A DNA stretch of 64,000 nt, taken from positions 36,394,001 to 36,458,000 of the forward strand of contig CM060731.1 of the NCBI GenBank assembly GCA_030704615.1. The letters run 5' to 3'. The position numbers and the translations under genes are program-made. Each line of letters starts with the position of its first letter. Position 1 is the first letter of the stretch. This document shows positions 50,988-63,129 of this stretch, one piece after another. The DNA comes from Takakia lepidozioides (Eukaryota; Plantae; Bryophyta). The notes under the pieces were generated by a model. It had not been told where the DNA came from, did not search any database, and saw only the letters and a list, made by a program, of their open reading frames with translations.

Positions 50988-51554
50988 GCGCAACCGCCAA
51001 TATTGACGGTCGCAACAATTTTTTCTTAAATAAAAAATAAAGCAACTGCCGAATTGGTGATCGCTGTTTTTTTTAATTTTAAGAAAAAGCTGCGCACGTC
51101 CACTAAGTGGCCGCCGTTTTTTTTTTTTTTTAAAGAAATAAAGCGACCGCCAAATTGGCAGTAGTTGACTGTTTTTATTTTGAAGAAAGAGAAATGACCG
51201 CAAATTGGCGGTCGATCTCTTTTTTCTTACTTTAAAACATTAAGTGACCGCCAATATGGCGGTCGCTCCATATTAAGAAAACCATTCCAAAATGCCAAAA
51301 AAACAAAAAAACAAAAAAACAGTATGCGACCACAAAATTGGCGGTCGCAGCTTTTATTTATTTACTGATCGTTTTTTTTTAAGGGAGAAGGGAAAAAAAA
51401 CGACCGCCAAACTAGTAGTCGTAGGTATTCTTTAATTTAAAAACAATTAAGCGATGGCCAAAGTGGCGGTCACAGGTTTTTTAATTTAAAAAAATATTTT
51501 TTAAATTAAATTTTTATTTTTTCTAAATTAAAAAACTTAAGCGACCATGGGCGG
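50988..51554. repeat. Array of ~9 palindromic GCGACCGCCAA(A/T)TGGCGGTCGC motifs separated by A/T tracts; probable DNA-transposon subterminal region
   Basis: Copies near 50989, 51042, 51142, 51195, 51244, 51326, 51401, 51451 and 51541. Confidence 0.8.
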
Positions 51555-52463
51555 AAGGCTGGTCAACGGCAATTGACCAGATTTAGCTCACCATTCATAG
51601 TTATTTCCATGACTACAGTGTACATGGATGAGGTTACATAGTCATGATGACTACTTGGGATTTTGTAATGTGGTGTGTATAATACAATTAAAACACCACA
51701 TGCTCACATGAATGACTAATGGGTGTATTGGTTAGGAGGTAGTGAACTAAACTCTTATAGTAAAGAGGTTGCAAGTTCAAATTCATCTAAGTATAATCAA
51801 ATAGATAAGATGGCCCTAGGGTTAGTAGGCGAGCTAGGGATAGTACGTGGTATCCTAAATGGGCTCCCACGTGGTTTTTTCATTATTATAAAATACATTA
51901 TGCCACGTGGCACAATGAGGTGCGACGCGGCGTCTGACATATGTTTTTTTTTTTCTAGTTTTTTTAATTTAATTTAGTTTTTTTAATCAATTGCGCCTCG
52001 CCACGTGGCGCGGCAGCGGCGACTGCAGCATGATATATATGACTGCAGTGAGAGATATCACTTGGTTCATCTGAATGTAGTCATCCGGACCGTACCATCC
52101 TGTACTCATTGTATTCACTTGGTTTGCACGACTTACAGTCATAGAAGTCATATGTACCGTTTATGATTGCAGAATAGTCATATATACAGTCATAAATATC
52201 GCGATCTGTTGTAGTGATGACATGATGAAGGTGGCTGGCAAAACACGGATACTCTTGCGATTCTCACACCCAAGTGTAGCATCGCCCATGGAACAGCTCT
52301 GGCAGAAATTCTTCTCAGATCCTTTACAAGGCTGGGACAAATTGTCTCATAAGGTGAGGCTATCTTCATTTAGGATTAGGCCCTCCTATCATGGGCCCGC
52401 ACGCTTGGGACCTTCTTGACTTGCCCGGCCCAGCCCTCCTGCCCAGCCCCAGGCCTATCTAAC

Positions 52464-52660
52464 TCCCCAACTAACCTAACCTAACCCCAATCTGACCTGA
52501 TCCTCAACCCTAACCTGACCTGACCCAACCTGAACCAACCCTAGCCTAACCTGACCTAACCCAATCCTAGCCTAACCTAACCCTCACCCTAACCTGACCT
52601 TAACCTAACCCTCAACCCCGACCTGACCCAGCCCTAACCTAACCTAACCCTCAACCCAAT
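52464..52660 (+). repeat. Degenerate telomere-like array, copy 2
   Basis: Same higher-order pattern as 49475-49665, followed by similar downstream sequence (AACCACAAATA.AAGGT). Confidence 0.85.
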
Positions 52661-53535
52661 CCATAGTCCACTTTTTAACCAGGGCTAGTTATCGTCTCTC
52701 TCTCGACCACTGGCTTTGCTACCAAGCTTCAGCAACTTTCTCCTTCATGCATCATCATCATCAGCTTCTATTAGTTCACATGATGAAATGAGAAAGAAAG
52801 GAGGGGTGGAAGATGAGGTGCAAAGAAGAACCACAAATATAAGGTTTTTCTTTTGTGTTGATAATTACTGGTAGATAGTGTGTCCACAACTACTCGTAGA
52901 TAAGTAATTTTCATTCAATTCTAGGTTGGATCTCTTTGTTTCTCTTTCTCACTCTCGTTTTCACTCTCACTCTTATTCTTTTTCATAGTGCAAACTAGAT
53001 ATTCATGTCCATTCAAGTTTAAAATAATTTAAATTTTCTTCTGTATCTTTTTCTATGGTTTTTCCTACTCCCTCCCTCCCTCTCTCTCCATCCCTTTTTT
53101 TCTCTCTCTCACTCTTTCATACAATAGCATTTTGAGGATTTTATAGATTTGTACCTAATCTATAGTTTCCATAATATGTCTTTTTCTCAATTTCTAGAAT
53201 AAACACAACAATAGAAGGCACAGACTACAAGCATGCACTACAAACCTGTGAGCTCCAGTAGGCTCTAAAATAACTTTCATTGCATTGAGGATGTAGTTGC
53301 GGAAGCTTACATGGCATAACGCTTTGAAGTACAAAATCCTATTTCTAAAGTGTTTAGGTTTGGGGATTTCCACAAATACGGTGGGGAGGTGGAAAGAAGG
53401 TTAACTGTATTATTGTGGATATTCCATGGGACCGCATGGAGGATTTTATTGAGGAGAGAAACAACACCCATATGCCCCTACAAATTTTGCACTTTACAAG
53501 AGTCGAAAAATGAGAGACTTTCAATGAGCTATCTG

Positions 53536-54438
53536 CAGAACTGCAGAAGGGTTTACTGGAGGGACTTCAACATTCAAGGGTGTCCAGAGGTACACAAATG
53601 TTAGTCTTCAAAAATTTCACTATATTGGCCCATGAACCTGAACGAACTAGTCACACAACTTAGTAAACAAAATTCGCCTCGAAAGGTGCTCTTTAACTTT
53701 TATAATCCTTCTCTTCTAAGAAATCAGTCAATGTGTCCAGGAAAAAAGTTGAGTCCATATAGATGACCGGCTCATGCCATTCTGACGACTTCAATCCTCA
53801 TTTGTGTTACACTTGTTTGATGAAGATAGAAGCAAGTGAAATGGGAAGCAAGATAGTCTCACAAGGGAAAGAATGGCAAAGGCAAGAATGACATCTACCT
53901 CGGTGTACATGATGGTAGGAGCTACATGCCTATTCACAAACTGTGTGACATCCCTTTCCTCAAACTAGCCGAATGTTCTTTCTTTATGACTGCAATCTCA
54001 TGTCAAACTACGGGCAAACTACTTTTATGATCTTGATGTACTCATAGTTCAGAAAAGGTCAATCTAGACACCTGGTGTGAAGTTTAGTAGAAACTGTTAC
54101 AAATGGGTTGGTGGAGCCTGTGATTTGCTGCAGACCTAGGATGAAGCTGCACGAGCATATGACACTAAAGCTCTGTGGTCGCAAGCTGGTGATGACAAAC
54201 TTCCGTCCACGACACGATCCTATACGGAGGAGGAGGTGGAGAACTTCTTTTTCCCCGTCAACAACGATTGACATAAGGGCACCTCATCTAACTAGTGAGA
54301 TCGTGAGAGGTTTGTCTGTGTGAGGTCCTCTACCTGAGCATGACCCTTCTATGTCTATATGAGTTGCTCGTCGGAGCTCGCGTCCCAGGAAAGAGTAGAA
54401 GGGCTTTTCCCTCGTCACGTCCAGATGTCGCCAAGCCC
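53536..54438 (+). pseudogene. Inverted partial duplicate (last three exons, introns and 3' UTR) of the AP2 gene at 57085-60055
   Basis: TAEGFTGGTSTFKGVQR, KWEAR*SHKGKNGKGKNDIYLGVH and AARAYD-/-LCGRKLVMTNF. TAG at 53854-53856 and small frameshifting deletions. Collinear with the reverse complement of 56917-57842. Confidence 0.9.
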
Positions 54439-54548
54439 TCTCTTCAGGAGCCTCACTATAGACAAGAGCTGCACCAGCTATAATTTTCGAGGTAGGCTTT
54501 CAAGGAGTTGAACACCTCCTTCTGATGAGCTCTGCTAATAGATTACTA

Positions 54549-54745
54549 GAGAGCTGCACCAGCCTTATGCTGTAGATCTCGAATGTCCAAACGATCGGGC
54601 GTCGATTGTCTGATTCTTTTGACACGAGCCGCAAGATTTCTCGGAGAGGTGACATTCGTGATTCTTGTGACTCCACAACAATTTTCAATATCAGCTTCTT
54701 CGGAGAAATCTTGCAACTCGTGACAAAAAAAGCACACAATTGAGC
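54549..54745. repeat. Dispersed repeat homologous to 8085-8276
   Basis: Shared blocks as listed for 8085-8276. Confidence 0.75.
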
Positions 54746-57084
54746 TCACAACAATCACCAATTTGACGCATCCCCTAGGGCGAAAACTAATCCACAAGTA
54801 TGGAGACAAAGCAAAGTGAGAATAAATAGAGAAGAGGAGTTCTAGTTAACAGAGAAGTACCTATGTGGGGCGGTGGAGGCCCTCCTTCTTAGAAGGCTCC
54901 ACCACCCTGGGCCCGCAGTGCCAGCTGGGTATATATTTATAGAGAGGGCGGGTGAGGACTGCGCTCTGCAGTGATGCTAACAACAGAAATAGAAAGAGAC
55001 AGATATGGGCATTTGGTGCCCAACACGTGCGCAATTTGCTGGCAATCAAACGGTCTTGTCACCGGCCGGTGGCAGCGGTAACTGCCCCCACAATACAGCC
55101 GACTCATCACCGAGACTTGATTTGTGTACATCGCGTCTGCTTGCATGGTGCGGGAGGAATCGGGGAAGGATTTGAGAGTTGTGGGTGGTCCGAAGCTTGG
55201 AGATTAGTTGAGTTGATTTGATCCGGAACTGTCCCTCTAAGTGCGGTAGACCAGCTTGTAGCCATGGATGCCGACTTGAACAACTGCAGCGCGAGGAGGA
55301 GAGTATCCAAGCAGGTGATATATTCATCGGCCGAGAACCTAAAGAACAATGAAGACGAGGCAGATATGCGTCTCTGGCATAGTTGAGGGGGGGGGGGGCG
55401 TGATCTTGCACGCCCGCTGATTCTGAAATTGGGGGCGCTCAGGATAGGTACCAGGCGGCCAAGGGCCTAGCTGCCAACACAACGGACCAGTCTGCGGAGA
55501 AGGCTTCCGAGTCCAAGGATGCAAATTCGGTAAGGATGTTTGTACTTCACAGGCAGATTCAGCTTTCAAACATTTTCATTCGGCAGAAATTCTCCATTGT
55601 GGATGCTAGTAGCGGTGTTTCGAGTAATCACGTCGTGAGAATGACAACTTGGGGATCTAGTAGAACCATCACTGCGTACATTGTCCCAATTGATCCGAAG
55701 CTTTCATGATTATCTCTGCTACATCTTGGTAGATCGATGAGTCCTTCCGCAGGTTTGTTTCCATTGATGATCTGTCTTAATGATGGACTTGCTTATATAT
55801 ATTCGTGATGTATGCAGGATAACTTATCGCAGTACGCAGACGCGCAATATAGCAAACACTTGGATCAATACTTTTAGAAGTAAACAGTGGTACAAGTGCC
55901 TTTTAGTTCGAGATACATATGTACATCTCACACTATACCTGTCAGAACATTTGGACAATAATTTTGGAACTGACTTGGACTTAATATGTGTATCCGTGTG
56001 TAGGTGGGAGTGAAGACTTTGCAGCACTCAAAGGGGCTCTAACAATGAAGTTAATCCGATCAGTTGTGTTTAGTTTCCGAGAGCTGAATTTGTAATTGCA
56101 TGCAGAACCTGGACTGCATAAGAATCGGCTCATGTGCATAGATCTCGCGTGTGAATATTTGCACGAGAAGAATGTGTTGATTTCTTCAAGCTACCTCCAA
56201 AAGGCTGGTGTAGCTCTAGTGTATCATGAGGCTCCTGAAGAGATGTTTACTTTCTTGAAAGCTATAACCTCCTCAGGCATTCCTGAGGCAGTTTTCTCTT
56301 TCTCATGTTGTAGCAAGTCATGAGAGCCTCAATGCATGTCGGTTTGAGTTAGGAAGAACTGTGAATGCAAGCTTATTAACTATAGAAGGTAAATAATCAC
56401 CTCGGCATGGGTCTGAGGGTAGATGGCCTGGCAGGTTCCTTTAGATATGAAGTTTTGAGGTGACCAAGAGATGTTGTGGCACAGATTTGAGTGCAACAAG
56501 AGTGTGCCCAGTTTGGGCAATGAACAACGTTTGATTCTTTTATTGATTAGCACAATGTCTTGAAATGATATGTCTGGTCGAATTTGGAACTTTAAGTGGT
56601 ATATAGTTGTCGAATCATGGTAATACACTCCAGAAGTCTCTAAATCATGAGGACTCCTCAAACCATTTCTGTGCAGTGACCTGTGCAAAGAAAAATTAGT
56701 CGCAGTCTTCAGAAGGAGACGCCAGATGCCATGAGACAAGCCTCCAAGAACGATTTTGGTCAAGCAAACCCACATCAGCAATCTTCTCAGAAATCCTCTA
56801 GATATAGTATCCCTTACAGCAGAAGCCATCTGAACCATTCAACTTAGACTGTGCTATGCATTAGACTTCCACGTTTGCACTGACATAGCTATCACTAAAT
56901 CTAGCTTCCAGGTGAAGGCTTGGAGATATCTGGACGTGACGAGGGAAGGGCCACGCTTCTACTTCCTGCCAGGGCGCTCTGAAGAGCAACTCATATAGAC
57001 ATAGAAGGGTCATGCTCAGGTAGAGAACCTCACATGATTTACAATCGTTTCACGATCACAGTAGTTAGATCAGGTGCCATTATG

Positions 57085-60055
57085 TCAATCGTTGTTGACG
57101 GGGAGAAAGAAGTTCTCCACCTCCTCCTCAGTATAGGATCCTGGACGGAAGTTTGTCACCACCAGCTTACGACCACGGAGCTTTAGTGCCGCAAGGTCAT
57201 ATGCTCGTGCAGCTGCCTCCTCGGTCTCTGCAGCAGATCACAGGCTCCACCAATCCATTTGTAACAATCTCAAAGTTAACAACCTCACAGACTAAGCAGA
57301 GTTTAAAAAAACTTTGTGCTACAGTTATCAATCCTAATGAGATTTTCTAGATTTGACCTTATTCTGAACCATGAGTACATCAAGATTATATGAGTAGTTT
57401 TTCCGTAGTTTGGCATGAGATTGCAGTCATGAAGACAGAAGATTCGGCCAGTTTGAGGACGCCTACCATGTACACCGAGGTAGATGTCATTCTTGCCCTT
57501 GCCATTCTTTCCCTTGTGAGACAATCTTGCTTCCCACTTCACTTTCTCAGGCTTGTATCTTCATCAAACAATTGTAACACGATGAAGTCGTCAGAATGGC
57601 ATGAGCCGGTCATGTATATGGACTCAGCTTTTTTCCTCAACACAGTGGCTGATCTCTTGGAAGAGAAGGATTATAAAACATAAAGAGCGCCTTCTTGAGG
57701 CGAATTTTGTATAGTGTATTCTGTATATTGTGTGACTGGTCCGTTCAAGGTTCATGTGTGAAATTTTGAAAGACTAACATTTGTGTACCTGTAAACACCT
57801 TTGAAAGTTGAAGTCCCTCGAGTAAACCCTTCTGCAGTTCTGATCATACAATGCCCCCATAGGATTATAACCATATCCCGACAATTGCAAACATTGTAAC
57901 CCACGCACATGAATTAGACATACCAACAGGGATGGACAGGTCTTGTAAGAATGTCGCGAAAGTTAAAGTCCTTGTTAGATTGGATTAAGGACAGTTTTGC
58001 TACGTAGGCAAGTAGAGTTTGGTCTTGAAATCAATCAGTTGCTAGGGGTCCGGTTGAATTAGAGATTCCCAGGTTACTACCTCTTCAATAACCACAGATA
58101 GTCATCTTTGCTCATGTCTTTCATTTTGGCCCAGTGGTTGTGGTAGCTTTCCACCTAAAGAAACCAACGAGAGATGATTATGTACGTAAATATATTTCGT
58201 GTGAGACGGATTGGCACATGCCCCACTGAGACAAGAGTATATTGTATATATGCTTTTAAAGACCGTCAAAGTTGCTCTTGGAACTCTGTTTGGAAGACCA
58301 GGGTTGATACTAAGATTCATGAATAACATATTCAAGTCACTTGACTCATAACAACTGTGGCATTTCACCTTGAGTTGGCCGCATCAACTTACTGGAAAAT
58401 TGAGGTCATATTTCTTCCACCTAGCTGATAAGTGGAGACCTAGCTTTATAGCTGCCAAATCGTGTACTTTGGCAGCATCTTCCTCTTTTGAGTAAAACCC
58501 TGCGACAGCAACACACTTGGACCATCTCAAAGTGGAAAATGAAACAAGACAGCAAGTATAAGCTGAATTCACTTTGGACCTTTTGGCCTTCTATTTAAAA
58601 GTATCATGGGTGTCTGCTCCCATTCTCAAAAAACAAAAAACAAAAGCTGAATTGCCGGGTATTATGAATGTTACAATCTTTGTGGAAACCCATTTTGTTA
58701 ACCTGAGTCCTGAGTTTGGTGGCCAATAACAAAGATGATCTGATAACAAGCCACCTGGTGGGTACCTAGCTAATCCCATGAGAGTGCCTTCAGCATTAAA
58801 TATTGGCTCCAGAAACAAATACAAAGGAGTGGAACTTTGTCATTTGAGGTCTTGAGTTCGTACCAAGGTATACTGCAAAGACCTCATGCTCAGTACAGGA
58901 GATATCGACGTGGTTCCATGCCATCAAAGTGGTCACAAACATCAAGAATAGTCAAGGATTACTCTGTCAAATTGGGAATTTCTATGGTCTCTCACAATTA
59001 CTTCTCAAAGTTTTCACTTTATCCCAGAGCAAACTTTCCTACCACATTTTGCTCCTTCACTGGAGTTTTTGCACTGTGGGAGAAGAAGTGAGTTACTTCT
59101 CAAAGTTTTCAGTTTATCTCGGAGCAAATTTTCCTACCACATTTTGCTCCTTCACTAGAGTTTTTACAATGTGGGTCACTGACACGCTTAGACTTGCGAT
59201 GAAGAATATCACGTACTACTACGAGATCATGGAATTCACCAATCTTTCTTAGAAGCTTGCTAGTGTTGGTGCCTTACTAATGTACTAAACCTAAAACCCT
59301 TCAATACCCCACCAGATGCTGTGCACACCTTGCTTGCCCTTCTTCTCTCGCGTTGAAACCTTGCCATTTGTATCCCAAATGTGAGCTTCCCAACGCCCAA
59401 TACCACCAGACCTGTGGAAGCATTGCAATCCGAAGATGAGATTTATGTTGACCATACCTGCCCAGCCCGACTAAGTGAGTATGCAAAGATTGACAACATT
59501 CCACGTACCGAAATCTATGCTACAAACTGAAGCCAAAAGAGTGTGAGAGAGTAGTTTGTAACAACTTGTTCCATGTGACTCCTCTAAATATGGATTTCTT
59601 CTTGGACGGGCCTGCCTCTTTCTCACGAGCGCCTTCAACTGACTGTTGAGATGATTGAGACTTTCGTGCCGTTTGACTGTTACATTCAGTCGATTCTTGA
59701 TCACTGCATTGTCCCAACTCAGCCGATTCTGGGTATGAAGCAGACTTGTTTTGTGCTGTCTGACGATTGCAGCCTTTAGCCAATTCGTGCACAGATGATT
59801 GAGATTTAGTCTGTGCTCTCTGACGATTGTCTTTAGCCAATTCGTCAACAGATGTTTGAGATTTAGTCTGTGCTGTCTGACGATTGTCTGTGTTTGCCAA
59901 TTCCTTAACAGATGCTTGAGAATTAGTCTGTGCTGTCGGACGATTGTCTTTAGCCAATTCGTCAACAGATGCTTGAGAGTTAGTTTCTGCTGTCTGACAA
60001 TTGTCTTGCGCCGATTCTCGATCAGTTTGTCCTGCCTGAATTTTCTGATTGCCGC
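57085..60055 (-). CDS. Divergent double-AP2-domain transcription factor of the ANT/WRINKLED lineage; 5' exons uncertain (possibly 60249-60201 and ~60634-60595)
   Basis: Exons 60055-59566 (..KKKSIFRGVTWNK), 59411-59329 (83 nt, SGGIGRWEAHIWD..KKGKQ), 58872-58864 (9-nt VYL), 58499-58393 (GFYSKEEDAAKVHDLAAIKLG..LNFP), 58154-58081 (74 nt, VESYHNHWAKMKDMSKDDYLWLLKR), 57839-57789 (51 nt, TAEGFTRGTSTFKGVYR), 57558-57467 (KWEARL..DIYLGVH) and 57227-57085 (ETEEAAARAYDLAALKLRG..TNF, stop). All in frame with GT-AG junctions. Confidence 0.85.
58998..59175. repeat. ~95-bp tandem duplication in an AP2 intron
   Basis: TTACTTCTCAAAGTTTTCA...CCTACCACATTTTGCTCCTTCACT.GAGTTTTT at 58998 and 59093. Confidence 0.9.
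59755..60005 (-). repeat. ~57-63 bp coding tandem repeat (19-21 aa, QTAQTKSQTSVDELAKDNR-like) x4
   Basis: TGACGATTG..TTTAGCCAATTCGTCAACAGATG..TGAGA.TTAGTCTGTGCTG recurring about every 60 nt. Confidence 0.9.
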
Positions 60056-61869
60056 CTGCAATTGCACAATAGTTCGTGATCTATTAGTAGTGGCCTCAAA
60101 CATTGTCGACACACAACTCTACACAATACTAAGGGGACAGCCAGCATCAGCAAGAAGTGACTCAGCAGAAGGAAGTTGTCACACTTGACAGGTGCTTTAC
60201 TTTCCGTAGTGCTGGTTGCATCCACTTTTGAAAGTGTCGCGTATTCTCTCTGCAGTTCAAGAAACACTTTACTTCAGCAGATGCACAAATGAACCTAGAG
60301 TGACCAGTGATTCAGTTAACCAATTTTGCAACCGAGCTTCTGAATCCGGAAAGTGGACCCCAAAGAGAAACCATACGCATACGTACATAAATTTCAATGT
60401 GTACCTGTGTATAATCCTAGACCATAAGAATGTAACTTCATCTGGAAGAAGGTCATATACGTTGTCTCCAGAGTTAAGTTAGTCTTGTTATGAGACTGGA
60501 ATCGTAGCAGACAATCTGAGCCTGTGTACCTAGTCTCTGTTGTTGAGCATTATCTTAGCTTTCGCCTAGGCACACCTTACTGTCCTCACTGAACCTTTTC
60601 TGCCGTTTCCGAACATATTTCTTCCCTTGCATATCTAAAACCAATCATGTCCAGTGTGGATTGTGTGATCTGCCAACAAATCACTTGCTCCATTTCAGAG
60701 GACTTCACCCTTAAAGATTCGGGCCATTCAAGAACCAGCCACCATAATGGAGAAATCCCAAACCCCGCCCTCCAGCCCGATAAATAGACAGATTTCGAGG
60801 CTTGTACAGATTTAAGAGCGAAGGCGGCTCTTAAGGAAAGGTACCTGGAACCTGGCCCTGGCAGCCTCAATCCAAATTCTTTTGCTTTGAGCAGGAGTTC
60901 GGATCCGCATGTTTAACTCTATCTCTCGAGCCAAGGTACCCTGCCAGCTAGACTTTAAGGTGTGAGGATTATCTTGATCACATCGTGCCTCCAGGGATTT
61001 CTGTCCAGCAATTGGGCACTGGAGTTTGGCCTACAGCAAAGAATTTTCCCACTTCCCTCAAAAACCACCTCGCACCTGACCTAGCACGACGTCAATAGGA
61101 ACTCCACTCTAGATTTGAAGGTGCTCGCAACTCGCGACATTGTCCTTCTAGCGTGCACATGGACACCCACTGTTCAGTTCAACCCAAATCCTTTGCAACA
61201 GAGCCTGTAGCGTGATCTCCACCACTATCTCATGATGCAACATGAAGATACTATAATTTCCCCAGACTGGCATCCACAGTGATGCACCCATTCTAATCCA
61301 TCAACATTTGACCCCTCACAAATTGTTCTAATCTCTTCATTTCAACGACAAGCCCGCTGCAACCGGAGCTGCTCTCTCCCACGTCAGCATAGCCAACTAT
61401 ATCACACTACGATCACAGTGCGATCAATCTCCCTGGCTGCAAACCTAGTCGTCAGACCCTCTCCAAAATCACAAGCCAGAAAGCAAACCTCGTTTTGCTC
61501 ACTCACCAGATCCATATCAATTCATCCAAAATCCAGGCTCTTGGGTCCAGAAAGTCGAAGAGACTCCTCCCCACTCATGGCCCTCACCATATATCCCTGG
61601 GACCGGCGTCTTGTAGATGTCACAGAAGTCGAAGAGACTCATGTCCCATTAGACCCATGGTGTTCCCCCTCCAGGGACGGGTTGTGACCATAATTGTTTG
61701 GTGAATCCAAAGAGATAATCACTCGTCCTGTAACTGACCCCAACACCCCGGTGATCATCGGAGGTCCATGCAACTCTATAGCATGAGTGCTACAGTAGCA
61801 ACTGGGGTTCATCATTGCCACTACGAGCGAATGAGTGAACTACAAGGTTGCTACAGTAGCACTTTGAAG

Positions 61870-62535
61870 CAAGTTCATGCCCGCACTGTCCTGTTCAATG
61901 TTTGAAAAAAATCCTCGACCTGATGGGCTCTCGTGGGGGCTGCCATGATTCTGGAGGATTTGCTCAGCATGAGCTTATTCAGGAGGCCTTTGAAGTCTTT
62001 CAAGCGACCCAAGCAAGGTCAGGCTGATTACCATCCTCTCAAGGCATTGTGGGAGATCTAGACTTCTAATGGATTTCATGAGTTGCAGGATACACAAGCA
62101 GGGCACACGGAGAAGAGGCATTCCAATTCTTTTCGCAAACACAACGGAGAGAGAAAATATCACATTCTAAATGCACTTTGGGAAGCGGGTGCAATGCCAG
62201 ATCCAGGAAAGCCACAGGTTGAGTCTGAAACGTCTGTGGTGCTCTTGTTGAGGTGTATGTCTAGTGCTGGTCAAGTGCGGCAAAGATGTGGACGCTTGGG
62301 TAGTGTTTAACAAATTGACAGAATGAAATGTGGTCTCTCACATTGGACTCCCATGATTGTAGGATGTTTATTTTGTGTGATGTTGAATCAGCAGAAGGAA
62401 GCGCCTTTATGGACCGTCCCCTCCAATCACTTGATTGAGTGTATATGGTATACCACAGCTCTAAAATTGCTGGACAAGAATGTCAGCTGCTTCCATCACT
62501 TCAAGGATGGGGTTAGTCCTTGTGAGGAATTCTAG
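61870..62535 (+). pseudogene. Heavily decayed PPR-DYW remnant
   Basis: PPR-like GFAQH..EAFEVFQ and KCGKDVDAWVVFNKL. Terminal FHHFKDGVSPCEEF* corresponds to the DYW end FHHFKDGxCSCxDYW. Confidence 0.65.
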
Positions 62536-63129
62536 TGACAGAACTGAAACTTCTCAGGAACTTCAGCCAATTCTTCTCCCTCCAAGGTTTCCTGCTATGC
62601 ACTCCACTTGTTACGGATCAGAGCTTTGATAACGTCACCCATATCATGTATTCCAGATAATGTTGACATCACGACCTACCTATGGTTGAAGGCTTGATGC
62701 AATGGGCTGGAGTGGATTTTTGCCCGTTGATCAAAGACTGCAATCTTGGTCTGGCTAAGATGAGCTAGAGGTGTAAATGGTCATTCACAGTGGGATGTGT
62801 CCTCGCCACGAGGAGATGACCTCAGAAAGCAGACACCTTGGAAATTTGGGACACATGAGACGACACTGGGGGTTGTATCAACCAAAGAAACAACAAAAGA
62901 GCAAGAGGAGGAAGGTGCTTTTGGTGTTCCAAAGCTGTCAAATAGGCTTTACATGCAGCTGTGTAGAAAGAACTTACCAGGTCTATCTGTGACTAAACAA
63001 ATCTACGGGTTTCAAGTGCTCACTGGGCAACAGGAAAAGGAAGCAAAACATAAATAGCTGAATTATGCTGAGACAAATTTGCAAATTCTTGTCTTCACTG
63101 GAAAGACTCGTGCCAAAGACTGGGGAAGT

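Noticed and set aside
50988-51554. CRISPR-like palindromic repeat-spacer array
   Set aside because: Spacers are low-complexity A/T tracts of irregular length and the repeats are degenerate, which fits a transposon subterminal region better.
56100-56838. Possible minus-strand gene fragment between the AP2 inverted arms
   Set aside because: Exon-like pieces contain stops and match no family I can recognise.
59471-60112. 213-aa ORF (TIVRQHRLNLKHLLTNWLK repeats) as a separate gene
   Set aside because: It is an alternative frame of the AP2 exon kept open by the tandem repeat. The other frame connects to the AP2 domain through valid splice sites.
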